Positions 8,860-19,214 of a stretch of 32,000 nt of DNA are shown in pieces. The notes under the pieces were generated by a model. It saw nothing but the letters and a program-made list of their open reading frames with translations, had not been told where the DNA came from and ran no database searches. This DNA comes from Patescibacteria group bacterium (GTDB taxonomy: Bacteria > Patescibacteriota > UBA1384 > XYA2-FULL-43-10). The position numbers were made by a program, and so were the translations under genes. Where the stretch lies: NCBI GenBank assembly GCA_041674405.1, contig JBAYVT010000003.1, positions 90,001-122,000 of the forward strand, written 5' to 3'. Every line of letters begins with the position of its first letter. Positions within the stretch are counted from its first letter, which is position 1.

Positions 8860-10008
8860 ATGAAAAAAGTTCTCGCAGCAATAGCGTTATTGATTACAAT
8901 ATCAATGATGCCCTCGATGGCGTTGGCGGCAGATTTTCGAAGCGCAAAACAAGGACCTCTCGATATTGGAAAAGATGAAGCGGCCAAGAATCTATATGCC
9001 GCAGCCAGCACGATAAATACTTCCGCAAACATTAAAGGAGATTTGGTTGCTGCCGGAAGTTCGATCAACGTGCAAGGTGATGTCGAAGATAGCTTGGTTG
9101 CCGCTGGGTCCAACATAAATGTCCAAGGCAAAATTGGCCAAAATGCAAAACTGGCAGGGTCGAATATTAATCTGACTGGCAATATTGGTGGCGATTTGTT
9201 AGCAGGCGGAGCAATGATTTCCGTTTCTGATTCCTCAACCATTGGCGGCGACTTGATAGCTGGCGTAACGACTCTTTCGTTGAGCGGAACAGTTAGCGGC
9301 AAAGCGCGAATTGCCGGAACGGACGTTACATTAAACGGAAAAATTGATGGTGATACCGATATTTGGGCAACCAATGTAACCCTCGGCGACAAAGCAATAA
9401 TTAACGGAAAATTAACCTATCATTCCCCGAACACAGCTGCAATTTCTGAATCTGCGAATGTAAAAGGTGGAATTGACTATCAAAAGACAGAAAACCAAAA
9501 GCAATATTACAGCAAAGCAAAGATGTTCGGGCTTTTCGGAACACTTGGAATTTTAGGCATTCTTGCAACACTTGCCTTATTGTTTGTTGTCGTTTATTTG
9601 CTGCCCAAAACAAGCAAGAATTATGTTACGGAAATGCTTTCTTCTTTTTGGAATAATCTCGGTTGGGGTTTCCTCACACTCGTTGCCGTACCGGTAGGCC
9701 TAATAATCGTTTCAATTACCATAATCGGGGTTAAACTCGCCGCAATTCTATTCCTTCTTTATGGTGCGCTTTTAGCAGTCGCAGGGATCTATGGCACTAT
9801 TGCAATCGGCGCCCAACTGCTTAGATGGTTCGATTCCCGCCTGAAGGAATTTCGTGTTGATTGGCTAACAATTCTGATAGCGACGCTTGCAACAATCATC
9901 CTTGCTTTGATTCCGATTGCTGGCGGCCTAATTGTCTTCGCTTTCATGCTTGTCGGCCTCGGGCAACTAGTTCAAAATATTACTCGGTTTCTAAAAAGCC
10001 AACGCTAA
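8860..10008 (+). CDS. Bactofilin/polymer-forming-cytoskeletal-like beta-helix protein with C-terminal transmembrane helices
   Basis: ATG at 8860 preceded by AAAGGAGCTT; signal peptide MKKVLAAIALLITISMMPSMALA, then repeats (IKGDLVAAGSSINVQGDVEDSLVAAGSNINVQGKIG...), then several hydrophobic helices. Confidence 0.78.
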   Translation: MKKVLAAIALLITISMMPSMALAADFRSAKQGPLDIGKDEAAKNLYAAASTINTSANIKGDLVAAGSSINVQGDVEDSLVAAGSNINVQGKIGQNAKLAGSNINLTGNIGGDLLAGGAMISVSDSSTIGGDLIAGVTTLSLSGTVSGKARIAGTDVTLNGKIDGDTDIWATNVTLGDKAIINGKLTYHSPNTAAISESANVKGGIDYQKTENQKQYYSKAKMFGLFGTLGILGILATLALLFVVVYLLPKTSKNYVTEMLSSFWNNLGWGFLTLVAVPVGLIIVSITIIGVKLAAILFLLYGALLAVAGIYGTIAIGAQLLRWFDSRLKEFRVDWLTILIATLATIILALIPIAGGLIVFAFMLVGLGQLVQNITRFLKSQR

Positions 10009-10085
10009 TTTTCTACTTGACCACGGTTTGCTCAATATCTATAATTGTAGTGTATTATTTTTGATTTAATTATCGAGGGGAGTTT

Positions 10086-11431
10086 ATGAAAAAAGTACTC
10101 GTGTATGTAGGACTGGTCTTGTCGATAGTGGCTGGTTTAGTGTTGTTTGCGTCAAACGATTCCAAGGCAGCGGCCGAGGGGCCAACATGTAATTTTATCC
10201 CCGATAATACAAATTCTCTCTATGGAAAGACAGCACAAACAATACTCTGGCTGAAACATTCACAACAACCTTTGACAAAATAACAAAGGTTGATGTCAAG
10301 GCAAACAGCTTAGGAGGCTTTACCGGCACTATCACGGCTGCGATTTATTACGAGCCTGAGATGGGCATAGCAGGCATGACGACACGGAAATTTACAAATA
10401 TGTCAGCCATGGATGATTATGAATTTACTTTTAATTCCCCTTTCACCGTACACCCTGGAGTAAATTACCAATTAGTGCTGTGGCTCACAGACAAGAATGA
10501 AGCTGATTTGTCGGGCACTTTTTATTGGAGGGTTTCGACAGATGCATCTTGCTATCCCGATGGTTATATCAAGATCAATACAATAAATGATTACCCGGCT
10601 TTGGATTTTGGTTTCCAAGTTTACGGAACAAAGGCATCGGTCCCAGCAGATGGTGATAATCCTTCTGACCAAACTGAAGAAACGACCGGGTCTACGCCAT
10701 CCGAAAATGTTTCATCATCTATTGCCAAACCGACTTCCCTTGCTGCGGCATATGTCTCTGATTCAACACCCAAAGGCGTGAAATTGACTTGGAAAGCATC
10801 AACAACTACAGATATCGATGGCTATCGCATTTACCGCTCAACCGTGAAGGGAAAGAGCTATTCCAGGATTGGGCAAGTTGAAAAGACCAAATTGGAGTTT
10901 GTCGACCAGGCCGCCGAAGCATCACAAACATACTATTATGTAGTCCGTGCTTATAAAGCTTCTGATGAATCAGCGAGTTCCAACGAAGCTTCGCTTCAGG
11001 TTCCAGCCGATGCCGCACCTATTTCACCACAAAATTTGCACGTTGTTTCATTTACTGACTCTAAAATCAAAGTTGCTTGGGATAAAAATCCGGAATCAAA
11101 TATCACAGCTTATACCTTGGTGATTTACAAAGGAGACAATGTTGTCGAGACAGTAACCCTGCCAGTTGCAAGCACAGAAAATATTTTTTCAAATTTAAGT
11201 GCCAATACCGATTACCGCATTACGGTACTTGCTTCAAACGATAAAGGTATCTCCTCTTCCGTATCCGAAATTACGCAGAAAACCGCAGCGGGCGCAACTC
11301 AAGTTTCTGCCGGGAAATTCGAAATGACGACCTTGACCTGGATATTGTCCGGAATAGCGGTCCTCTTGATCGGCACCTTGATACTCCTAATTTTGCGACG
11401 AAAAAGATTGGCAAAAAAGATCATACGATAA
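10086..11431 (+). pseudogene. Frameshifted secreted FN3-domain surface protein with C-terminal membrane anchor
   Basis: Frame 1 (10086-10283) encodes signal peptide MKKVLVYVGLVLSIVAGLVLFASN; another frame stays open 10208-11431 and reads ...DSTNNTLAETFTTTFDKITKVDVKANSLGG...; two FN3-like domains; C-terminal TM ILSGIAVLLIGTLILLILRRKR. A sequencing indel would mean an intact gene. Confidence 0.7.
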
Positions 11432-11440
11432 CAAACTGGA

Positions 11441-11470
11441 AAAAAGCAGATTTTATAAAGTCTGCTTTTT
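11441..11470. terminator. Bidirectional-type intrinsic terminator
   Basis: AAAAAGCAGA TTTTATAAAG TCTGCTTTTT. Confidence 0.75.
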
Positions 11471-11485
11471 TCGTATAATCAGTGC

Positions 11486-12121
11486 ATGAATAATAAAAAA
11501 CTTCTAATTTGGATGACTTGCTATGGCGGCTGGGCACCGGATTTAAGATCGAGGATTGAAATTCGAGGTCATGATGAGTATTTAAATGGCGTCGTCGATT
11601 TTGTGGTAAAAAATAACAAAAATATAGTCAGCTTTTTTATTTCTGGCGGTATGTTTGATAGTAAGGGCAGGACCGAATGTGAGACAGTTAGACCGGAACT
11701 TATTCGTCGCCTTGCAGTAAAAGGCATCCAAATCAATATTGAAACTGATAAAAAGAGTATTACAGGCCAAGAGATAATGGAAAAATTTCTATCAACTTGG
11801 CAATCAGAATATTCCGATGCTGATCCCGTTTTATTTGTTGACCAAGTTCGGGCTGAAGTTAATAGATACTCTTTTCATTATTATTGTAAGAAACTAGGTA
11901 TCGATAATCTTAATGAAGACGTAATCCATCCACTACACCGCCTCGACGATCACCCAGACAGCACATTAGAAAAACAAGCTAAAAAACTTAAGATGATGAA
12001 GGAAAAAGGCGTTGACTTCGTCGAAAAAGAAGAACGGAAAATTCGTCTTGAGCTAGCTAAAAATAGCGAAATTAATACGATTTGTAGAAGAAAAGATAGT
12101 AAACAAGGCCATAAACAATAG
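11486..12121 (+). CDS. Hypothetical protein, weak resemblance to DUF218/YdcF-like fold
   Basis: 211 aa ORF; pattern R...FFISGG...E...RPELIRRLAVKGIQINIETDKKS. Confidence 0.6.
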   Translation: MNNKKLLIWMTCYGGWAPDLRSRIEIRGHDEYLNGVVDFVVKNNKNIVSFFISGGMFDSKGRTECETVRPELIRRLAVKGIQINIETDKKSITGQEIMEKFLSTWQSEYSDADPVLFVDQVRAEVNRYSFHYYCKKLGIDNLNEDVIHPLHRLDDHPDSTLEKQAKKLKMMKEKGVDFVEKEERKIRLELAKNSEINTICRRKDSKQGHKQ

Positions 12122-12343
12122 CAGCTGCGACCAAATAAATCACTATCCATAACCAAACCGGCGTCTTCCCGTAGCCGCCCTTATCCTCTTCGGGCATACT
12201 TCTCCTTTTTTAATTAACTGCTTCGATTTTATTTGATAACTCTGCTGTAATCATTGTAGTTTTCTTCAATTTTGTAGAAAAAATGATCGACTTTTATTTC
12301 TATCCTCGCTAAAATGTATAAAGAATTAAAAAAGTGAGGTTTT

Positions 12344-12901
12344 ATGAGCAAAACACAGGAGAATTTACTTAAAGCGTTTGCCGGCGAATCGATGGCGAGA
12401 AACAAGTACACATTCTTTGCCAAGAAAGCGACAGCTGAGGGATTAATTTGGATTGCTAAAGTGTTTGAGGAAACGGCCGACAATGAGCGGGCGCATGCCG
12501 AGGAAGAATACGAAAAAATGGAGCCAGCTGTCGAGATGACAAATACTTACGACATTAATTCTTTGGGCACGACACTCGAGAATTTACGCCATGCCGCCGC
12601 CGGCGAGAATTTTGAATGGACGAAAATGTATCCAGAATTTGAGAAAACCGCGGAAGAAGAAGGAAACGCTGAAGCTGCCAAACTTTTCAAGGAGATCAAA
12701 GAGGTCGAAGAGAAACACGACGAGCGCTATACAATTCTTGCGGACAAACTTGAAAAGGGTGAACTATACAAATCCGAGAATGAGATTGAATGGAAATGCC
12801 TAAATTGCGGATACATTCATAAAGGAACTTCCGCACCCGACAAGTGTCCTCTCTGCACCAAGCCACAAGGCTGGTATATGGGATTGGGAATCGTCAGATA
12901 A
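12344..12901 (+). CDS. rbr: Rubrerythrin
   Basis: Ferritin-like ESMARNKYTFFAKKA...EETADNERAHAEEEYEKM...EEVEEKHDERY plus C-terminal rubredoxin-like CLNCGYIHKGTSAPDKCPLC; GTGAGGT upstream. Confidence 0.93.
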   Translation: MSKTQENLLKAFAGESMARNKYTFFAKKATAEGLIWIAKVFEETADNERAHAEEEYEKMEPAVEMTNTYDINSLGTTLENLRHAAAGENFEWTKMYPEFEKTAEEEGNAEAAKLFKEIKEVEEKHDERYTILADKLEKGELYKSENEIEWKCLNCGYIHKGTSAPDKCPLCTKPQGWYMGLGIVR

Positions 12902-12935
12902 CTAGTCCTTAGTTTGTAGTCCTTAGTTTGTAGTA

Positions 12936-12970
12936 ATGAAAAAATGACCATGTGATGGTCATTTTTTCAT
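12936..12970. terminator. Bidirectional intrinsic terminator between convergent rbr and rpoD
   Basis: Perfect 16-bp inverted repeat ATGAAAAAATGACCAT-GTG-ATGGTCATTTTTTCAT. Confidence 0.85.
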
Positions 12971-13017
12971 ATTTGTATTTGCTGAGGACTACGGACTACT
13001 CACTAGAGACTAGCGAA

Positions 13018-14136
13018 CTATTTCAGGTAGTCTCTTAACTCTTCTGATTTTTCGTGTTTCTTGAGTTTTTGCAGGGCTTTAGCTTCGATCTGGCGAATTC
13101 GTTCGCGGGTGACGCCGAATTCCTGGCCGACTTCCTCAAGTGTATGCGTGCGTCCGTTCTCAAGCCCAAATCTCATACGCAAAATTTTCTGCTCGCGCGG
13201 TGAAAGCTCGCCAAGAAACTCGTTAACGTGGCCCTTAAGAAGTTGATAAATCGCCGATTCCTCCGGCGACAAGTTCTTGTCGTCTTCGATAAAATCGGAA
13301 AGTTTAGAATCCTCCTCTTCGCCCACGGGTGCTTCAAGAGAAACTGTTTCTTGTGAAATTTTGATAATATGTTCGACTTTATCAAGATCAAGCCCCATTT
13401 CTTGGGCAATTTCCTCCGGAGTCGGTTCGCGGCCAAGATCCTGAACCAGTTGGCGTTGGACACGGATCAACTTGTTAATCGTCTCAATCATGTGAACCGG
13501 AATCCGAATTGTTCTCGCCTGGTCGGCAATAGCTCGAGTTATCGCTTGGCGAATCCACCAAGTGGCATATGTCGAGAATTTATAGCCTTTTTTATAATCG
13601 AATTTCTCAACTGCGCGCATCAATCCCGTATTTCCCTCTTGGATCAAGTCGAGAAGCGATAGCCCGCGGCCAAGATATTTTTTGGCAATGGAAACAACCA
13701 ACCGCAGATTAGCTTCGGCCAACTTTTTCTTCGCAACCTTGTCCCCTGATTCAACTCTCTTTGCTAGGCGGACTTCGTCTTCAGTGGACAGAAGAGGAAT
13801 GCGGCCGATTTCACGTAAATACATGCGGACAGAATCGTCATCGGCAATTCCTGATATATCAAGGTCTTTGTCATATTTACTTTTGGCTTTGTCATCGCCG
13901 ATTGCAGTTGCAATTATTCCGCCAGGTGCACTTTCTTTGAATTCGATGCCCTTTAGGAACATATAATCAAATATCTCATCGAGTTCAGCAACATTTTTTT
14001 CCGGCTCCGGCATCGCCTGGATCATTTCTCTTGCCGTAACAAAACCATGGGATTTACCTTTTCCAAGAAGCTTATTTACCTCTTCTGAAAATGGCAGTGG
14101 TTCTTCTTTTTTGAGTTGAAATACTTTTTTTGCCAT
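13018..14136 (-). CDS. rpoD: RNA polymerase primary sigma factor
   Basis: [74 protein letters not shown] and region 4 [19 protein letters not shown]. Confidence 0.97.
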   Translation of the reverse strand: MAKKVFQLKKEEPLPFSEEVNKLLGKGKSHGFVTAREMIQAMPEPEKNVAELDEIFDYMFLKGIEFKESAPGGIIATAIGDDKAKSKYDKDLDISGIADDDSVRMYLREIGRIPLLSTEDEVRLAKRVESGDKVAKKKLAEANLRLVVSIAKKYLGRGLSLLDLIQEGNTGLMRAVEKFDYKKGYKFSTYATWWIRQAITRAIADQARTIRIPVHMIETINKLIRVQRQLVQDLGREPTPEEIAQEMGLDLDKVEHIIKISQETVSLEAPVGEEEDSKLSDFIEDDKNLSPEESAIYQLLKGHVNEFLGELSPREQKILRMRFGLENGRTHTLEEVGQEFGVTRERIRQIEAKALQKLKKHEKSEELRDYLK

Positions 14137-14295
14137 AATATATAACCCCCAAAAACTAAATTCTAAGCCCTAAATCCTAAACGATCCTCAAACAATCTCA
14201 AATCCGCATATTTACACTTTTGAAATTTTGGATTTTGGATTTATTTTGAGTTTAGGATTTTTTCGTATAACAATCGTGATTATATCATTTCACGC

Positions 14296-16035
14296 CTACT
14301 TAATCAACTCTTGGAACTCAGAGAGAAGTTTTTTAATCTTCTCGTGATCGCCGGACTCTTCGGCCGCTTTTATTCGAGCAGCAAAATCGAGCTTGATATG
14401 TTCATTCGAATCACGCTTAATTCGCTCAACCAAAAATTCGATTTCTGACTTTAATACATTCTCATCACCTATTTCAATATCTGCTACTGATAATGCCGCG
14501 ATCCCGTCCAAGGCGAGCTTTTCTTTGGGCAAATATTTGTCTGCCTCCATTTTTTGATCAGCAATTTCATTCAGGAATTTAATCACCGGCTGATTTTCCG
14601 ACTCCAGACTTGAAAGGCGCAGTTTTTTTGTGTCGACGAATTTGGTCACTTCCGGTTTGGCCCACAAAATCCCAGCCAAACGCTCAACCGCGGTTAGATT
14701 TGGGGCTTGGGCCTGCTCCACAGAGCCTTTTTTGGCCTCATCGGATTTGGTTTTTGAGAGCGCATCCAAGAGCGAGGATTCAGAAATGGCTAGCTTGCCC
14801 GAAAGATACTTCAAGTAGTGCTCCTTTTCAATATCGGAATATATAATTTTGATCACGGGCAATATTTCTTTGGCAATTTTTTTCTTGGCAGAAACTGAAA
14901 GATCGGGATCTTTGCGAACAAGAAGATCAATCCAATACTCAAGTGCCGGCTTAGACTCTTTTACTGCCCGCTCCCAATTTTTTGGGTCAGCCTTGATCGC
15001 TTCATCGGGGTCCTTGTAAACTTTAGGCAAAGAAATTATCCGTGCAGTAATGTCATTTCGCAGTGCAATTGTAATCGCTTTCTTCATCGCCGCTTCACCC
15101 GCCACATCGGAATCGAAAGAAAAAGCGACTTCTGATGCGTAGCGAGACAATATTTTGAGCTGATCTTCGGTCAAGGCCGTTCCGGACGAAGCAACGACAT
15201 TTTTAAAACCGGCCTGATGACAAGCGATCACATCCATATTGCCTTCAACAAGAATGGCAAGATCAGCCTCTTTAATCGCCATTTTTGCCTTATCAAGCCC
15301 GTAAAGCACCTTGCCCTTAGTATAAATCTCCGTCTCAGCGGAATTGACATACTTTGCCTGCTTCTCATCGTCTTCCAGAACGCGTGATGTAAAAGCAATC
15401 ACCGAGCCCATGACATTGTCAATCGGAAACATGATTCGGCCGCGAAACCGATCATAATAATCGCCTTTCCCACTCTGCGCCATTAACCCGGCTTTGGCGA
15501 TCTCCGGCGGTTTGAACTTGAATTTAATGCCAAGAAATTTGCGTAAAAAATCCCAAGAGTTCGGCGCATAGCCAATGCGAAATTCACTTATCGTCTCATC
15601 GGTCATCCCACGTTTTTTCAAATATTTACGCGCTTTTTCAGCCTTCGGATGATCGGTAAGAATTTTATGATAAAGTTTTGCAGCAATCTCGTTAATTTCA
15701 TAAAGGCGAGTTTTTTGATCGGCCCTGTGTTCAACATTGCCATATTTAACCGATTGCGATTTTAATTTTATACCGGCGCGATCAGCAAGGATTTTTAGAG
15801 CATTGTAAAAATCTATGCCCTCAATTTTCTCAATGAAGGTAAAAATGTCGCCGCCTTCCCCACAGCCAAAGCACTTGAAAGTTTGCCTCTCCGGTGAAAC
15901 CATAAAGGAAGGAGTTTTTTCATTGTGAAAAGGGCAGGCTGCCTTATAATTGACGCCCGCCTTCTTAAGCGTAAGATAGCTTGATATCACCTCGGTAATA
16001 TCAAGCCTCTCCTTTATTTGTTCGACTTCATCCAT
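14296..16035 (-). CDS. dnaG: DNA primase DnaG
   Basis: MDEVEQIKERLDITEVISSYLTLKKAGVNYKAACPFHNEKTPSFMVSPERQTFKCFGCGEGGD zinc finger; TOPRIM LVEGNMDVIACHQAG. Order dnaG-rpoD is classical. Confidence 0.96.
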   Translation of the reverse strand: MDEVEQIKERLDITEVISSYLTLKKAGVNYKAACPFHNEKTPSFMVSPERQTFKCFGCGEGGDIFTFIEKIEGIDFYNALKILADRAGIKLKSQSVKYGNVEHRADQKTRLYEINEIAAKLYHKILTDHPKAEKARKYLKKRGMTDETISEFRIGYAPNSWDFLRKFLGIKFKFKPPEIAKAGLMAQSGKGDYYDRFRGRIMFPIDNVMGSVIAFTSRVLEDDEKQAKYVNSAETEIYTKGKVLYGLDKAKMAIKEADLAILVEGNMDVIACHQAGFKNVVASSGTALTEDQLKILSRYASEVAFSFDSDVAGEAAMKKAITIALRNDITARIISLPKVYKDPDEAIKADPKNWERAVKESKPALEYWIDLLVRKDPDLSVSAKKKIAKEILPVIKIIYSDIEKEHYLKYLSGKLAISESSLLDALSKTKSDEAKKGSVEQAQAPNLTAVERLAGILWAKPEVTKFVDTKKLRLSSLESENQPVIKFLNEIADQKMEADKYLPKEKLALDGIAALSVADIEIGDENVLKSEIEFLVERIKRDSNEHIKLDFAARIKAAEESGDHEKIKKLLSEFQELIK

Positions 16036-16069
16036 GTAGACCAATTGTATAGAAAAAAATCACTTTGGT

Positions 16070-16585
16070 CTAATTAGCATCAAATTGCATACAATATTTG
16101 GCATTTTGGTTTTGCAGCTTTTTGGGCTTCTCTTGCTTGATGTGATATGCCAACACAAGCTCGTCATATAAGCCTTCAATCAGTTCATATCTGCGCGCTT
16201 CTGCAAGATCCACCCATGCAAAATCAATTATTTCATCACCTAATTTTATTCCGCCCCCAGCATAATCAGCGGCAAAACTTATCACAATGGTCGGAATGTT
16301 ATCTGGCCGTATAAAAACTAAATTTTTTATATACGAAATATTCCTAATTTGGATCCCAACTTCCTCGGCACATTCTCGCATTACCAAATGGTCAAGAATG
16401 TGATGCCAATGCTGTGAGGTATTTTTGGGTCGATGAATATAATCGTTCAAATTTAATTTTCCACCGGGGAAACCCCATAGTCCCGCCATGGCAGTTTCTT
16501 TTTTCGATCTCCTAACAATCAAAAACTTGTCGCCTCGCATTATCGCCGCCGTTGCCACCACATAATGGTTGTTCTCTTCTTTCAT
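16070..16585 (-). CDS. NUDIX hydrolase
   Basis: GFPGGKLN...HHILDHLVMRECAEEVGIQI NUDIX-box-like motif. Confidence 0.87.
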   Translation of the reverse strand: MKEENNHYVVATAAIMRGDKFLIVRRSKKETAMAGLWGFPGGKLNLNDYIHRPKNTSQHWHHILDHLVMRECAEEVGIQIRNISYIKNLVFIRPDNIPTIVISFAADYAGGGIKLGDEIIDFAWVDLAEARRYELIEGLYDELVLAYHIKQEKPKKLQNQNAKYCMQFDAN

Positions 16586-16692
16586 AAACCTCCTTGGGAT
16601 TATTATCCCAAGGATAAACCTGCCGGTTTTGCATGTAAAAAAATAAAAAATGCCAATTACTTATTGACACTAAATGTCGTAGGAAAGAACAA

Positions 16693-17355
16693 CTATTCAA
16701 AATAATTGCATTCGCAAGGAGTTTTCTTGCAGACATGGCAGCCATCTTTAAACATGGCCAGAAATTCATCTTTAAAGTCAATTTTGAAATAATTAAATAT
16801 TCTAAGCAGCATAACAAAATAATCCGCTGTTAATATTTCGATCTCTCGAAATCGGCTTTTTCTTTTTTCTCTCACAAAGGCGCGAAAAGCTGACATGAGT
16901 TCCTCGAATTTAGAGCGCAATTTTAAATGGTAATTTTTTACTTTTGAAACTGGATATATTTTTAGAAGTATTTCCTGCCACTCGGAAATATCTTGGGGTT
17001 TTCGTGATGGCGGCCGACCGGTTTTCTGCGATTTTTGTGGTTCTAATTCATTGCAAATACAAGGAATTTCAAGGCAGAAAGGGCATTTATAAGAATATCT
17101 TTTCCAGAGATTTTCCGGCAAATCAATGTGAAACCGATTTACAAAAGCAAAAAGCCATGCGAAAGAGACCATCATATTATTAAACGCTTCGGGAAGCCTA
17201 TTTTTATTTTGTTCTTCCATATATGCGGTAAGAAAACGCTGATGGTTATAAAGCAGATCTTCGACAGAATAAAGGCGATCATCGGGTACCTGATAGATTG
17301 CTTCAATACGAAGAAGGATATCGTTCAAGGATAGATTTTCTTCATTTGTTCTCAT
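16693..17355 (-). CDS. Tandem-duplicated helical (possibly MazG-like) domain protein with two CxxCxxxPCxC zinc knuckles
   Basis: 220 aa; ...CPFCLEIPCICN... and ...CHVCKKTPCECN..., each preceded by a similar helical segment. Confidence 0.75.
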   Translation of the reverse strand: MRTNEENLSLNDILLRIEAIYQVPDDRLYSVEDLLYNHQRFLTAYMEEQNKNRLPEAFNNMMVSFAWLFAFVNRFHIDLPENLWKRYSYKCPFCLEIPCICNELEPQKSQKTGRPPSRKPQDISEWQEILLKIYPVSKVKNYHLKLRSKFEELMSAFRAFVREKRKSRFREIEILTADYFVMLLRIFNYFKIDFKDEFLAMFKDGCHVCKKTPCECNYFE

Positions 17356-17389
17356 GCATTCATAGTATCATATTTGTCAAATTGGCCTT

Positions 17390-17426
17390 TAAAAAGAAAC
17401 CGCCCGTGCCAGCATAGCTGACACGG
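17390..17426 (-). terminator. Intrinsic terminator of the GC-rich 369-aa gene
   Basis: Minus strand CCGTGTCAG CTATG CTGGCACGG followed by GCGGTTTCTTTTT. Confidence 0.75.
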
Positions 17427-17464
17427 ACCGGTCTCCCCTTTCTTTGGTTTGTTGCCACGCGACG

Positions 17465-18574
17465 CTACCCACCTTCCGGGCTGGTCAGGACCTCCTCAAT
17501 GACCAGGATTGACCTCTCCAGATCAAGGCCATCCAAGATAGCCTCACATTCGTTCAGAATCAGCCTGGCGCCCTCCATCGCCGTTGTCTCTCCTGTCCTC
17601 TGAGTCTTAAGAGACTCGATCCGGGCACGAAGGGTTTCGATCTCTCCCTCGATTCCCTCGATCTCGTGATCAAGGCGGTCAACTTCGAGACGATGCCCCT
17701 CGATTTCTTCTCGCACCTTGTCGGACGCTTCCTTCAAGTCCTGGTACGGACCAGAGGCAAGAAATCTGTGCATCCACTCGAGACACGCCCGGGATTCGCC
17801 ATCATTCGGCCTGCGCCCAAGCATCTGCGAGATGGTGCCAAAGGCACAAGATGTGAGAGAGTAGTGCCCGTCCACGCGACACAGATCCCGCTCCTTCACG
17901 CGAGCAACGGCATCACGCACACCCTCATTGGTCACTCGGCTCGGTGACCCAAGTATCTCGCCAAGGGCCCTCCGTGCGGCGCCCTTGACTTGGCCCTCGG
18001 TCAGCACAAGCCTACTCTTTGTAGTCATCCCGCGAATGATCTCGTAGAGCACGAGCCCATCCTGATCGCTGAAGCGCAAGAGTGCTTCCATTGCTGCGTC
18101 GTGTTCGGCTTCCTCGGAGTTGGGTGGTAGGACCTGTTCCTGTTCGGTGTGCTCAATCTCCTCAGTCTCATCAACCTCGAGGGCCTTGCCAGTCACGACT
18201 GCGTCGAGGCGGTTGAGCAGTTCGATGATCTGTGCCGGGCTCGGGCCATTGCTATCGGTGCTATAGACCCGGTAGGTGAAAGTGCCATGCATGGCCCGCC
18301 GGGGCATCTTGCACCTGATGAGGGCGTAATCCCGATCACCGGGATTGTCTACGCGCACTCCCCAGACACGATCCTCTTTCGGGCCACTTGTGGTGTCCAC
18401 ATCTGGTATCGAGATGGCCTTAAAGGGTCCGTGAAGGCCGGCTTCATCGAACTTCCCAGCTAGCCATCTCGGAAAACCAGGTGGCGACCACGACCCTGAC
18501 GGGTGTCTGGCACTCCCGACGACCTCTACGCTCGTTGTTCCTACCATTGCTTCGAACTGTCTACGTTTTGCCAA
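17465..18574 (-). CDS. GC-rich hypothetical protein with C-terminal coiled coil
   Basis: 369 aa ORF with strongly GC-biased codons; coiled coil LKEASDKVREEIEGHRLEVDRLDHEIEGIEGEIETLRARIESLKTQR. Confidence 0.82.
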   Translation of the reverse strand: MAKRRQFEAMVGTTSVEVVGSARHPSGSWSPPGFPRWLAGKFDEAGLHGPFKAISIPDVDTTSGPKEDRVWGVRVDNPGDRDYALIRCKMPRRAMHGTFTYRVYSTDSNGPSPAQIIELLNRLDAVVTGKALEVDETEEIEHTEQEQVLPPNSEEAEHDAAMEALLRFSDQDGLVLYEIIRGMTTKSRLVLTEGQVKGAARRALGEILGSPSRVTNEGVRDAVARVKERDLCRVDGHYSLTSCAFGTISQMLGRRPNDGESRACLEWMHRFLASGPYQDLKEASDKVREEIEGHRLEVDRLDHEIEGIEGEIETLRARIESLKTQRTGETTAMEGARLILNECEAILDGLDLERSILVIEEVLTSPEGG

Positions 18575-18735
18575 AGCGGTTCACCTCTCCCTGAAAGCGT
18601 TGGTACGGCAACACACTTATACCACAAAAAGCCAAAATTGACCAGCATAATAGCTGATCTTATTGCTAGCGATTAATATGAAAATGCTAAAACCGAAAAA
18701 AGGTCAACAAAAATATTTTAATATTGAGGTTGTTC

Positions 18736-19014
18736 TTAAATCCGATTGATCTTTAAAACTGAATCTTGCAAAGAGGCTTCCACTTCTTGCCCGATTTCCA
18801 GATTTAAATTTTGGCGCAGGGTTTTCGTCATACCAATGAATTGATCAATTGAACCATCAATAATAATGGCAGATAATCCATTAATAATTGATTTACCCTT
18901 ACAAACGCCGAGATTCTTTTGATTCTTTGGGCTTAGAGCACACAGAGGAGTGCTTTTGACATCTTTAAATTTTTTTAACGTCTCTTTCTTAAAACCACGA
19001 ACGATTAGTTTCAT
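18736..19014 (-). CDS. Small hypothetical protein (92 aa)
   Basis: MKLIVRGFKKETLKKFKDVKSTPLCALSPKNQ...; AGGAG-like motif upstream (minus AAAGGAGAATT). Confidence 0.6.
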   Translation of the reverse strand: MKLIVRGFKKETLKKFKDVKSTPLCALSPKNQKNLGVCKGKSIINGLSAIIIDGSIDQFIGMTKTLRQNLNLEIGQEVEASLQDSVLKINRI

Positions 19015-19121
19015 AATTCTCCTTTGAATTTAAATATTTGTACAAAGAATAATAATATTTCACTACTTTACATAATAACAGAAATATTGTTTTACTTAGC
19101 CAATGGTTCAATAATAGTCAT

Positions 19122-19150
19122 TTGATCAATAATATTTCATTTACTATATT
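19122..19150 (+). promoter_or_regulatory. Candidate sigma70-type promoter of purCE
   Basis: TTGATC - 17 nt - TATATT. Confidence 0.5.
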
Positions 19151-19214
19151 TCTCTGGTATAAGCATATTATGGTTGTCTCGACGTTATCCTAAAGGAAGG
19201 ACTGGTGGATACGA

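Noticed and set aside
12229-12483. 84-aa minus-strand ORF
   Set aside because: Antisense to the rubrerythrin start and upstream region, no independent support.
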